A stretch of 64,000 bases of DNA, taken from Phycisphaerae bacterium. Lineage in GTDB: Bacteria > Planctomycetota > Phycisphaerae > UBA1845 > Fen-1342. The notes beneath the pieces were generated by a model, which worked only from the letters and a program-made list of their open reading frames with translations, was not told the origin of the DNA and did not search any database. Shown here piece by piece: positions 10,749 to 20,670 of the stretch. The translations under genes were made by a program, and so were the position numbers. Position 1 is the stretch's first letter, and the number at the start of each line of letters is the position of its first letter. Location: the NCBI GenBank assembly GCA_963675745.2, contig CAXXWX010000015.1, forward strand, positions 192,001 to 256,000. Direction: 5' to 3'.

Positions 10749-13700
10749 ATGGGACGCGAGCCAAGCGAACGTGCGCTGCAGATTTTCCGGGTCGCGCTGG
10801 ATCGGCCGCCGGACGAGCAGCAGGCCGTGCTGGCCGAGGCCTGCGCTGGCGATGTCGCGCTGCGGGCTGAAGTCGAGCGGCTGCTTGCCGCCGATGCCAC
10901 GCAGACGTTTCTGCAACCCCCCGACAGAACATGCGTTGTCGGGCCAATCGCTCCCGACCCGGATGATGGCCTGGTTGGCCGCGAGATCGGGCGCTACCGC
11001 ATCGTGCGGCGCATCGCCTCGGGCGGGATGGGCACGGTTTACGAGGCGCTTCAACCGAAGCCGCGGCGCAGCGTCGCGCTGAAGATCGTGCGGGCCGACC
11101 TCGCATCCGAGTCCGCGCTGCGCCGGTTTGTCCACGAGGCGGAGATCCTCGCGCGGCTGCGGCATCCGGCGATCGCCCAGGTTTACGAGGCCGGCTCGCA
11201 CGCGGGCATGCCTTATTTCGCCATGGAGTACATCCCGAGCGCGCAAACGCTCATCGAATTCGCCGAAGATCACAAGCTGCCGACACGCCGCCGACTTGAG
11301 ATGTTCGCGGAAATCTGCGATGCAATTCACCATGGGCATCAGCGCGGCGTGATTCACCGCGACCTGAAACCCGGGAATATCCTGGTGGACGAAGCTGGTC
11401 GGCCAAAGGTCATCGATTTTGGCGTGGCGCGGGCCACCGACGCCGACGTGACGATTGCCACGCTGCAAACCGACGTGGGCCAGGTCGTCGGGACGCTGCG
11501 CTATATGAGCCCGGAGCAGTGTGAGGGGGACTCTGCCGCGCTCGATACGCGCAGTGACGTATACGCTCTGGGCGTGGTGCTCTATGAGCTGCTGACGGGT
11601 CGGTTTCCCTACGATGTGACCAACCACTCGCCCTTCGAGATTCCGCAAATCATCCGCGAATGCGCGCCGCGGCGCCCGTCGTCGATCAGCCGGCTGCTGC
11701 GCGGCGACGTGGAGACGATCGTTCTCAAGGCGCTCGAGAAGGATCGGACGCGCCGCTATCAGTCGGCGTCGGAACTGGCGGCCGACATTCGGCGGTATCT
11801 GCACGGCCAGCCGATCGAGGCGCGGAGCGATAGTCGGTTCTACATGCTACGCAAGCAGGTGCAGCGCTATCGGATCCCGCTCGCCGTGGCGTCCGGCTTC
11901 GTGCTGCTGCTGATCGGGTCGTCAATTGTCGCGTGGACGCTGTACTTTCAGTCGCAGCAGCGCCTGTGGGAGTCGTATTTGTCGCAGGCACACGCGCGGC
12001 GCTGGAGCGGCAAGCCCGGCTGCCGTGTGGAGAGCCTGACGGCGCTGAGAAAGGCGGCGGCAATTCGCCCAAGCGCCGCGCTGCGCGACGAGGCGATTGC
12101 CTGTATGGCCCTGGTGGACGCCGAGTTCACGAACCGCATCGACTACTCGAGCCTTGATCCCGCGCCGAACGTGGCAGCCGATCCAGACGTGCAGCGCGTA
12201 ATGCTCTGGTGGAACACCGGCGAGACGCTGTTGAAGCGCGTGGCGGACAATCGCGAGGTTCTGAGTTTGGCGGCACAGGGGGGCTTCCGCGCGCGTCCGC
12301 TTCCGCGTTTCAGCGCGGACGGCAAGTATCTGGCGCGCCCCGGCGAATCGGCGTGCGAGATCTGGGAAATCGATCCAGCCCGGCTGATTGATACGTTCGC
12401 GGTCAGGGCAACGGATTATCTGCAGCCGCTCGACTTCAGCCGTGATAGTTGCGAAGTGGCGGTGGGAGCCGCCGATGGATCTGTCGCCATTCACAGCTTG
12501 CGCACCGGCGAGACACACACGCTTCCGCCGGTGCATGCCCCGGTCCACCGGATTCACTACAGCCCCGCCGTCGACACGTTGGCCACGTGCTCGTTGAGCA
12601 GTTCCGATGTGCTCTTGCGCGACGCGAACAGCGGAGAAGTCCTGCAGGTGCTCGAGCACCCGGCGGCCGTTCGGACCGTGGCCTGGAGCAAGGATGGCCG
12701 ACAAATGGCCAGCGCGTGTTCGGACCAGTGCGCGTATGTCTGGGACCTCGGCACCACGCAGAAGCGATGGACGCTCCACGGGCACACCGGCCCGGTCACC
12801 GCTATCGGCTTTGGCTGCGATGACACGATTCTGTACACCGCGTCGTGGGACGGCACGACGCTGCTCTGGGATCCGCGACTAGGGCGGCGATTGCTCACGC
12901 TACAAGGCTGCGGGTTGGGCTTCGCCAGCGCCGGCCCCTGGCTCGGCCTGCGCACCTTCCAGCCCGGGCTCGCGTTTGTTCGGGCGCGTGTTTACGGCAA
13001 CGATGCCTTCCGAACGATCTGCGACCATCCGGCCGAATCACAAGACGGTTGTCAGTGGGTCCGAGTCAGCCCCGACGGTCGCCTGGCCGCGACGGCGTCT
13101 GGAGCGGGCGTTCGTCTCTGGGATCTGGAGCACAATCGCGCCGTAGCCTATCTGCCGATTGGCTTCACCAACTCGGTTGTCTTCCAGCCAGACGGGCTGG
13201 CGCTGATCACCGTGGCACCGCGCCGCATATTGCGCTGGCCGTTGCGGATCGACGATCAGGTCCTCCACGTCGGGCCACCTGAGAGCATCGTGTTGGACAC
13301 GCTGGGCAACTTCTGGGAAGCATGCCTCAGCGCGGATGGCAACAAGTTGGCCGTTTCGGCGGATCTGCGCCGCGTTGTGGTCGCTGATCTCGATCATCCC
13401 GCAGATGTGCGCATCTTCGAACCGCATGTCGGCGTGTGCTCGGTGGCACTCAGCCCCGACGGGCGCTGGCTTGCCACCGGCGCCTGGAAAGGCAGCGACG
13501 CCAAGGTCTGGGATGTGGCGAGCGGTGAGGTGGTGCATGTGGTGCCAACCAGCGACAACGTGCGGGCCGGTTTCAGCCCCGACGGCAAGTGGCTGGTCAC
13601 AAGCGAGGCCGAATACGTGCTGTGGGAAGTGGGCACGTGGCGACCAGTGGCGCGTTTTCCGCGCGGAGGCTATACGAGCGTGTCGGCCGCGGCCTCGTTC

Positions 13701-14048
13701 TCAGACGACGGCACCTACGTGGCGGCGATCAGCGACGCCAGCAAGATTGATCTGATCCACCTGGGCCGCTGCGCGGTTGTGGCGCGCCTGGAGTGCCCGT
13801 TGCAGCTAAACATGATCGGCGTAAGCTGCACGCCGGACGGCACACGAGTCATCTTCCCCGGGCGTGCCGGGCACATTCTGCATGTCTGGGACCTGCCTGT
13901 TGTCCGCGAGCGCTTGGCGACGATGGGACTGGATTGGGAGGCGCCGCCATTTCCCGCGCCGGCGGCACCAGCTTCCGCTCGGCCGTTACGCGCTGAGTTG
14001 TATCTCGGCAAACTTGAACCGCCCGGTGACCGTGGTCAGAGCAATTGA
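10749..14048 (+). CDS. Ser/Thr protein kinase with TM helix and WD40 repeats (partner of the upstream ECF)
   Basis: SGGMGTVY, VALK, HRDLKPGN, DFG, GTLRYMSPE; TM IPLAVASGFVLLLIGSSIVAW; WD40 motifs (GHTGPVTAI, TASWDGTTLLWD, SPDGRWLATG). Starts 8 nt after the ECF stop. Confidence 0.92.
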   Translation: MGREPSERALQIFRVALDRPPDEQQAVLAEACAGDVALRAEVERLLAADATQTFLQPPDRTCVVGPIAPDPDDGLVGREIGRYRIVRRIASGGMGTVYEALQPKPRRSVALKIVRADLASESALRRFVHEAEILARLRHPAIAQVYEAGSHAGMPYFAMEYIPSAQTLIEFAEDHKLPTRRRLEMFAEICDAIHHGHQRGVIHRDLKPGNILVDEAGRPKVIDFGVARATDADVTIATLQTDVGQVVGTLRYMSPEQCEGDSAALDTRSDVYALGVVLYELLTGRFPYDVTNHSPFEIPQIIRECAPRRPSSISRLLRGDVETIVLKALEKDRTRRYQSASELAADIRRYLHGQPIEARSDSRFYMLRKQVQRYRIPLAVASGFVLLLIGSSIVAWTLYFQSQQRLWESYLSQAHARRWSGKPGCRVESLTALRKAAAIRPSAALRDEAIACMALVDAEFTNRIDYSSLDPAPNVAADPDVQRVMLWWNTGETLLKRVADNREVLSLAAQGGFRARPLPRFSADGKYLARPGESACEIWEIDPARLIDTFAVRATDYLQPLDFSRDSCEVAVGAADGSVAIHSLRTGETHTLPPVHAPVHRIHYSPAVDTLATCSLSSSDVLLRDANSGEVLQVLEHPAAVRTVAWSKDGRQMASACSDQCAYVWDLGTTQKRWTLHGHTGPVTAIGFGCDDTILYTASWDGTTLLWDPRLGRRLLTLQGCGLGFASAGPWLGLRTFQPGLAFVRARVYGNDAFRTICDHPAESQDGCQWVRVSPDGRLAATASGAGVRLWDLEHNRAVAYLPIGFTNSVVFQPDGLALITVAPRRILRWPLRIDDQVLHVGPPESIVLDTLGNFWEACLSADGNKLAVSADLRRVVVADLDHPADVRIFEPHVGVCSVALSPDGRWLATGAWKGSDAKVWDVASGEVVHVVPTSDNVRAGFSPDGKWLVTSEAEYVLWEVGTWRPVARFPRGGYTSVSAAASFSDDGTYVAAISDASKIDLIHLGRCAVVARLECPLQLNMIGVSCTPDGTRVIFPGRAGHILHVWDLPVVRERLATMGLDWEAPPFPAPAAPASARPLRAELYLGKLEPPGDRGQSN

Positions 14049-14067
14049 CGTTTACCTGTGACGTCCA

Positions 14068-14121
14068 GCAACAGAAAAGGTGTCACAACAGGCAACAGAA
14101 AAGGTGTCAGGATGATTTTTC
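14068..14121. repeat. 18-bp direct repeat GCAACAGAAAAGGTGTCA x2, REP-like
   Basis: Copies at 14068-14085 and 14092-14109, immediately after the kinase stop. Confidence 0.75.
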
Positions 14122-14496
14122 GGCACCTTGAACGCGCGGCGGGCCGACCGTTGGCCATTTCGCCCTGCGCTGAGGGGGACACGGCGAAGATCGTATAGCG
14201 CCGGAATACTTGCGTATGGCGGGGAAGTGGAAGGCGAACGACCTAGAAAGTGACGGCAAGCTGCCCCAGCGCTGGCAAAGCAGACGGAAGGCCGCCTCGC
14301 TCCTCGACCCGGTGCTCCGCGCCCCGCGAGATACGGGCCGGAATCGGCTCTCTGTGAGCGCGCCGCCGCGCATCTCGAATGGGGTATTGTCCGGGTGATA
14401 TCGGCACGGGAATGTAGCGGTTGAACCGACCGGGAATCGGTGGCAGCCGTTTCCCGATCGGTTCAGACCTGCGCATGCGCCCGGCGTGCATGCGCG

Positions 14497-17400
14497 CTAC
14501 GACGAGATCGCACTGACGAAATCGTCGATATCGCCGTTGTTCACATAGCTGTCGCCGTTCATATCGGCCAGCCGCAGATCGCAGTCCGGATACTGGACCA
14601 CATAGCCGTCCGGATCGGTAATCGCGGTGACGAACGGATCGATGTCGCCGTTATTGACAAAGCCGTCGCAGTTGAGATCGCCGACCTCGTAGCGGTACAG
14701 CAGGATCGGGGTCACGCACTCGTTGCCGACGCAGTCCAGCACGCGCACGCTGCCCTCGCCAACGGCACCGCCCGGCGTAAGCTCGACCGAGTAGCGCACG
14801 ATCGTGTCGCCATTGGTGAACGGATCAACCGTCAGCACCAGGTTACTCGCACCGGGCAGCAATTCGACCGCACAAACGCCCGTATCGCGGAAGATCGGCT
14901 CCTCAACACGGCCGTCATAGCGCTCCGGGAACGTGCTCGACTCGATCGTCAACGACCAGCTATCAAACGTGCCCGTGTCGTTGTCCTTGTCGTCGGCGAC
15001 CCGCAGCACGTACGTGGCGTCCGCCGAGAGACCGTCGAGCGCGAACAACGCCGGTCCGTCCTCCGGCTGGTAGGTACCGGTGAACGGGGCCTCGGACGAG
15101 GAATCGGGAATCGGCGCGGCGGCCTCATCGTCCAGGGTGGTGTCGATGAAGTTGTTGCCGGTGCTGCCGATATCGGAGAGCAGGTTAATCACACGCGGGG
15201 CGATCAGCGTCAGATCGATGTCGTCGTCGTAGGCATGCGTGATGTTGAACGTGAGGTTGACGTCCTCGATCACGTCGGTGTCCGCAACAACGATCGATGA
15301 CGACACACCAACCACGTTGTTGTCCGGGATTGGCTGGGGCAGATCGCTGCTGATATAGCGCTTGCTGTGGTTGATCGACCCGGTACACACGGGTGCCTCG
15401 GCGTCCATTTCCACGAGAATGTATGAGCGCCAGCCGCAGGCGTCCGTCACGCGAATGTAGCCGCGGCCGTTGATACCAAGCGCGACGCCGACGATGAAGT
15501 CAACGCTGCCGGCCCCGGCGGGCGGATCGGGCGTTACCATTACCAGCTCGATATTCTCGCCATACGGCGCGACTTCGACCGCGACAATGCCGCTGTCGCC
15601 GGGGCCGTTATCCGTCGCCGTGCCGATGAATTTGGCCGTCGCGGGGTCATAGCTGCCTGTGATGATCGGCGGACTCCGGTCGGCGCTGATCGCGGCCAAC
15701 GCCACCGGCACGATGGTCACGTTGCCCGCAACATCGTAGATTTCGATGTCGCCGGCGCCGGCGAAGTTCGGGTCGGTCAGTTCGACGCGGTATTCGACGA
15801 CCTCGTCGCCAGGCGTGAAGCTCGCGACCACCGTCAGGTTCGTCGCGCCGGCGGCCGGTGCGATCGACTGCACGCCGCTTTCCGGCGCAAGCTCCTGCGC
15901 GACGCCGACGTAGCGCTCTGGCCCGCAGGGGCTCTTCAGCGTCAGGGCCCAGCGGCGTAACTCGGTACGTGAGGTACCAATCATGCGGTGATCGGCGGCA
16001 TTTACCTTCCACGGGCCCGCGGCACTCTGATTCGCCAGGGCGAACATCATGTTGTCGCGCTTGTCGGTGGTGATCCCGTCGCCGATGAATTCGCCACGCC
16101 CGTCGGGCTGATGGACGCCGAGGAACGGGATCGTGCCGAGGGCTGGCTCCTCATGGGCGTCGTCGGCCACGGGCGCGTCGTCGTCGAGCGTGATCCAGAG
16201 CGTGTTCTTGGTCAGCCCGGCCGAGGCGCGGTCGTCCATGCCGACGCGGTTGATCAGTGACGCGAACTCGCCACTCTTGTTGATCGTGGCGGCCAGTCGC
16301 CCGACGTCCAGGGTATCAATCGTGATTTCGGCCTCGACTTCGCCGACCAGGAACGGCTCGGCCACCGTAATGGTGCTGGAGGCGCCGGCCGGATTGCCGT
16401 AAGGCAAATCGGCTTGTATCTCCTGCTCGAAACGCAGATCAGTCGTCACGCCGCCCGTGTTCGCCGGGCCGGTGCCATCCGCAAAACCGGTGAGATTCAC
16501 GATGCTCTGGCAGGTGTTGTCCTGCATGTCGGTGACGGTGACCGTGCCCGAGCCGTTCAGCGTCGAGTCGATCAGCGTGACGGTATACTCGACCACGGTG
16601 TCACCCGGTGTGAAGCCGGGCGGCAGATTGAGCTGGGCATTGACGGCACCAGTCAGCACAATCGACTGAATACCCGCATCGAAACCGCCCGAATCAGTCG
16701 CCAGGCCCGCGAACGTCTGAGGCCCGGCGAACGTCGCCACGACATCCAGCTTAGCGTAAACGAGCCGTGAGCCGCCATTCTGCGTGTTGTAGTCGTCACG
16801 CACGTTGAGAATCCAGGTGCCATTGGCCGGGCCGCCATTGAAGTCAGCCAGCGTGCCCTCCGGCAGCCAGGTGCCGGTGTACGGTTCATCGCCGCTGAGC
16901 AGCGGCATGAGCTCATCTGCGTCGTCGTCCCAGGTGGCATCGGTGATATTGAACGCGAGCGAGCTGCCGCGGTCGGTTTGAATCTCGACCTCGGTGAGGT
17001 CCGGCGAGGTCAGTCGGATATCGAGGTCCGCACACGAGGTCGTCTCGAATGTCGCGGTCAGATTGACGTCGGTGATCGTTCCGGCGTCGCCGATGACCAG
17101 CGGTACATCAATCCCCGTCACGGCGTCGTTGTCCGGGATGAAATAGGGACCGTCCAGGGTGCGCACCGAGCGGCCGGCCACGGCGCTGCCGGCACACACC
17201 GGCGGATCAATATCGATCATGACAAGATCGCAGGCGGCATTCCCGGTGCAGTCGATGACGCGGATTTTGCCCGAGCCGCCCTGGTTGGGGTCGGTCAGCA
17301 CGATGTCGAACGTCGCCGTCCCCGTGCCCAGGCCGGTCAGGTTAACGAGCATGAGATTCGTCTCGGCGTAAAGCTCCACGGTGCACACGCCCGTGTCACC

Positions 17401-19317
17401 CGGCTGGTTGTCGGTCACCAGCCCGGCAATCGAATCGGTGTTGAAGTCGGGCGTGAGCGCGACGACGGGGTCCATTTCCTCGGCCAGCGCGGGGGCCGCG
17501 TTGTCGATGAAGACGGCGAGCTCGTAGGTCTCGCCCGGGCCGACTTGCGAAGCGGTGCTCTGCGGCTTGACCTCGATGTAGTAACGGCCGCTGGTGCGCG
17601 CGATGAAGAAACAGGCTTGCGCGGGGTAGTCCGGCGGATCTTCGCTCGTGTTCGAGTCACTCACGTCGCTGATCAGGACGTCGCCGTCCGGATCGTAGAT
17701 CACCAGCTTGCCGTGAAACGCGTTCGGGTCGTCGTTGGCCGCGTCAAACCCGGTCGAGTCGCGCTCCGGGTCACCATCGAAGGCGATGAACACGCGGTCA
17801 CCGACCACGGCATCAAACGCGTAGAAATCGCTGTCATCGCTGCGGTCGATCACGCCGGCGTAGTAGTGCTTGCCGGTGTAATCAGCGCTGTCCATGTCAT
17901 CGTTCAGCTCGCAGCCGACGAGCGGATTTCGCGTCGCGGGGATCACACCGTTGTGGAAGCGATAGCGGTGAACGGTCTTCGTGTCGTCCACGTCATTGTC
18001 TTCCACGACGAAGTAGTGCGTGCCGGCACCTATCATCTTCGCGCCGGCGATTACCGAGCTGGACGTGCTGTAAACGTAGTGCAGGTCGTTGATGGGCGAG
18101 CTGATCCCGTCGCCGTCGTCGTCGTCAAACTCGATCACGGTCGAGCCGTCGGTGCCGAGGAACGACAGCCACGTATCCAGGGTGCTGTTGCTCGAGCCGC
18201 CGAGGTTGACCCAGGCATACACGCGGTCGCCGTCCAGGCCGGTCACCGCCCAGTAATCGGCGTCGGCCGGACCGACGAGTTGGCCGCCGTCGCGCGGATC
18301 GCCGACCGGCGTGGCGTTCACGGCCGAGCCGTTCGGCTCGATCTCGCTGAGCTCGTACTCGATCGCATCATCGATGATGAGCGCGTACGGCCCGGTGGTG
18401 TATGTGGTGCTGCCGTTGTCGACGTAGATGTAGTAGTCCGCTCCCGCCAAGAGGGTCACGACAACGAGTTCGTGCTTGGCGCCGCTGGTGCCGGCGGTGC
18501 TGTGGTTTGATGCACCAAGACACCCATCCGGAAAGACCGGTGGACAGGAGTCGTTGACGTACAGCACGCCGTCAAAGCCGCTGCTGATCAGCTCCAGCGC
18601 GTAGTCACCGCTGGCGGGGGCCGTGAACTTGTACACATGGTCGTTGCCCGGCGCGGTGGTCGGCGTCGTGCCCGACACGCCACAGCGCCCGGTGCCCTGC
18701 ACAAACGAATAGTCGTGCACGGCATTATCGATGTTGTTGAGCCGCAAGACCGGGAGTGGGCCGCTGAGTGTCTCGGCCGCGGCACAGTCGTCCGGGTTTG
18801 TGAGGTTCAGCTCATCGACGATCAACGTGAAGACAAAGTTGTCGTACGTCGCGTCGTCGTGGTCGATGCCGATGAGGTAGGTCTCATTCATCGTCAGGGC
18901 AACGTCGAGATTGACCGGCCGCGCGCTGCCCGGCGCCCGCACGCCATCCACCTCCGTCATGGTCGAATCCAGCACGTAAATCACGAAGCGGCGGTCAGAC
19001 GACCGTAGCGGCGCGTGGTGCCAGGGCGCAAGCTGGATGCGATACGTGGCTGTCACCGTCGGCGTGAAGCTGTAAAAGACATCCGGGCCATCGACGTACG
19101 GGTCGATCGCCGGCAACCCGGGGAGGGTGGTTATGCTGTCATCGGCCAATACGGTAGTACCGTAGATGATGGTTGGTAATGGGCCGCTAATCACAGCGGC
19201 GTTGTTTGGATCGTCGTTGGCCGGGCTCGGTGGCAATGCCCAAGCGGCGGCGGTCAGCCCGCCGATCGTGAGCACACTGACGAGCACCCGCAGTCTGGTC
19301 CCCAGAACGTCCTTCAT
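14497..19317 (-). CDS. 1606-aa secreted protein with PPC-like domains, three proprotein-convertase P-like domains and a C-terminal dockerin-like domain
   Basis: Signal peptide; EIEPNGS and CELNDD PPC-type starts; 'IPDN...ITDVNL...DLDI.L.SP...GTW.L.V.D' P-domain motifs; C-terminal [17 protein letters not shown]. Confidence 0.8.
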   Translation of the reverse strand: MKDVLGTRLRVLVSVLTIGGLTAAAWALPPSPANDDPNNAAVISGPLPTIIYGTTVLADDSITTLPGLPAIDPYVDGPDVFYSFTPTVTATYRIQLAPWHHAPLRSSDRRFVIYVLDSTMTEVDGVRAPGSARPVNLDVALTMNETYLIGIDHDDATYDNFVFTLIVDELNLTNPDDCAAAETLSGPLPVLRLNNIDNAVHDYSFVQGTGRCGVSGTTPTTAPGNDHVYKFTAPASGDYALELISSGFDGVLYVNDSCPPVFPDGCLGASNHSTAGTSGAKHELVVVTLLAGADYYIYVDNGSTTYTTGPYALIIDDAIEYELSEIEPNGSAVNATPVGDPRDGGQLVGPADADYWAVTGLDGDRVYAWVNLGGSSNSTLDTWLSFLGTDGSTVIEFDDDDGDGISSPINDLHYVYSTSSSVIAGAKMIGAGTHYFVVEDNDVDDTKTVHRYRFHNGVIPATRNPLVGCELNDDMDSADYTGKHYYAGVIDRSDDSDFYAFDAVVGDRVFIAFDGDPERDSTGFDAANDDPNAFHGKLVIYDPDGDVLISDVSDSNTSEDPPDYPAQACFFIARTSGRYYIEVKPQSTASQVGPGETYELAVFIDNAAPALAEEMDPVVALTPDFNTDSIAGLVTDNQPGDTGVCTVELYAETNLMLVNLTGLGTGTATFDIVLTDPNQGGSGKIRVIDCTGNAACDLVMIDIDPPVCAGSAVAGRSVRTLDGPYFIPDNDAVTGIDVPLVIGDAGTITDVNLTATFETTSCADLDIRLTSPDLTEVEIQTDRGSSLAFNITDATWDDDADELMPLLSGDEPYTGTWLPEGTLADFNGGPANGTWILNVRDDYNTQNGGSRLVYAKLDVVATFAGPQTFAGLATDSGGFDAGIQSIVLTGAVNAQLNLPPGFTPGDTVVEYTVTLIDSTLNGSGTVTVTDMQDNTCQSIVNLTGFADGTGPANTGGVTTDLRFEQEIQADLPYGNPAGASSTITVAEPFLVGEVEAEITIDTLDVGRLAATINKSGEFASLINRVGMDDRASAGLTKNTLWITLDDDAPVADDAHEEPALGTIPFLGVHQPDGRGEFIGDGITTDKRDNMMFALANQSAAGPWKVNAADHRMIGTSRTELRRWALTLKSPCGPERYVGVAQELAPESGVQSIAPAAGATNLTVVASFTPGDEVVEYRVELTDPNFAGAGDIEIYDVAGNVTIVPVALAAISADRSPPIITGSYDPATAKFIGTATDNGPGDSGIVAVEVAPYGENIELVMVTPDPPAGAGSVDFIVGVALGINGRGYIRVTDACGWRSYILVEMDAEAPVCTGSINHSKRYISSDLPQPIPDNNVVGVSSSIVVADTDVIEDVNLTFNITHAYDDDIDLTLIAPRVINLLSDIGSTGNNFIDTTLDDEAAAPIPDSSSEAPFTGTYQPEDGPALFALDGLSADATYVLRVADDKDNDTGTFDSWSLTIESSTFPERYDGRVEEPIFRDTGVCAVELLPGASNLVLTVDPFTNGDTIVRYSVELTPGGAVGEGSVRVLDCVGNECVTPILLYRYEVGDLNCDGFVNNGDIDPFVTAITDPDGYVVQYPDCDLRLADMNGDSYVNNGDIDDFVSAISS

Positions 19318-19740
19318 CGGGAGATCCTCCGTTCCTTATGGAAAACGCGTTTGACGAACAGGGTCGCGAAGTAGATAGATCGATGGCCCAAGTCCCTGTA
19401 TGCGGCCTCGGGCCAATCCGCACCTAGATTGGCTTGACGCCGTACGAACTTGCTGGCCCGGACCGAGCGCTTGGCATGCTGCCCGCGTGATCAGCGCTGA
19501 CTATCGGCACAGCACGTCATGCGGGCCACTTCGCACGGCGAGTCACCATGAAGCCTGACCCAACTCCTCCGCTGACACCGGCACGGCATGCTACCCGCGT
19601 TCATTGTAGCGTTTCATTCAAGGGGAAGGACAACAAAATCCCCGCCCGTAACCGGTTGCGGACACCCAGGTGAGCAAATCGCCCCTGGGTCAGAACGCCC
19701 CCCAGGCGGCTCAGCAGCGCGCCGCGCTGCGTAGGCACGT

Positions 19741-20652
19741 TTATGGCAGCTTCTCCAGCACCGCCACACGCTCCTCTCCGGGAGGGTGCGTGCGGTAGTG
19801 GTCACGCAGCTCCTTGCCAATCCGGCCGAGCGTGCCGTCAGGTTCGGCATGCTGCGGCGACGGGATCAGTTCTGTCATGCGGCGTAAGAACGCCAGACGC
19901 TCCTGCTTGGACCGGCCGATTTTCCGCATGGTGTCATAGGACCACAGATCGGCTTCAAACTCGTGTTTCTCACAGTAGCCGACGGCGATGTTCCGGTAGA
20001 GGAACATAACGACTCCAGCGCCCAGGTCACCGCCGACCTCTCCCGCGGCGCCCGCATACCCAGCGCCGCGCAGCACGTGCTTGTGCTCGATGTGGCCAAT
20101 CTCGTGACCGAGGACAAACTGGAGTTCGGCGTCGCTGCGTGTTGCGTCGATCAACCCGCGATTGACGTATACATAGCCCCCCAGATGCGCAAACGCGTTA
20201 ATCTCGTCTGAGTCGATGATGTAAAACGAGTAAGTCAGCTCCGGACGCCGGGAATGGACGAGCAAGGGCGTCGCCAGTCGTTTCATGCGAGCGAGCTGCT
20301 GCGGATTGTTCAGGAGCGTGTGCTCGCGTCGCACGGTCTGATGCACCTGCCGGCCATACTCGATCTCCTGCTCGATCGTGAGCGGCAGGATCTCACCGCC
20401 GATCTCGTCGGCGGCGCGCGTGATCTCGTGGAAGACCTCGGCCGCGGTTGAGACCGCCGCGGGGCCGTCTTCCGGCAGACGTTTTCGCACAGCCTGCTCC
20501 CATTCGTCGAGTTGCTCCTTGGTAAGGTCGATGGCGGCCTCACCGCTACCCTTGACGGTGTCGTAGCTGTTGCGCCGGCAACCACGCGTCATGAAAGCCG
20601 CAAGGACCGTGATCGACAGCAGGATGAGCAGGAGCCGGGTGGTTGCGTGCAT
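19741..20652 (-). CDS. M48 family zinc metallopeptidase, N-terminally membrane-anchored or exported
   Basis: EINAFAHLGGYVYVNRGLI; VLGHEIGH (HEXXH); EFEAD; YRTHPPGEERV. Confidence 0.9.
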   Translation of the reverse strand: MHATTRLLLILLSITVLAAFMTRGCRRNSYDTVKGSGEAAIDLTKEQLDEWEQAVRKRLPEDGPAAVSTAAEVFHEITRAADEIGGEILPLTIEQEIEYGRQVHQTVRREHTLLNNPQQLARMKRLATPLLVHSRRPELTYSFYIIDSDEINAFAHLGGYVYVNRGLIDATRSDAELQFVLGHEIGHIEHKHVLRGAGYAGAAGEVGGDLGAGVVMFLYRNIAVGYCEKHEFEADLWSYDTMRKIGRSKQERLAFLRRMTELIPSPQHAEPDGTLGRIGKELRDHYRTHPPGEERVAVLEKLP

Positions 20653-20670
20653 GTCTACGCCCTTTCCGTA

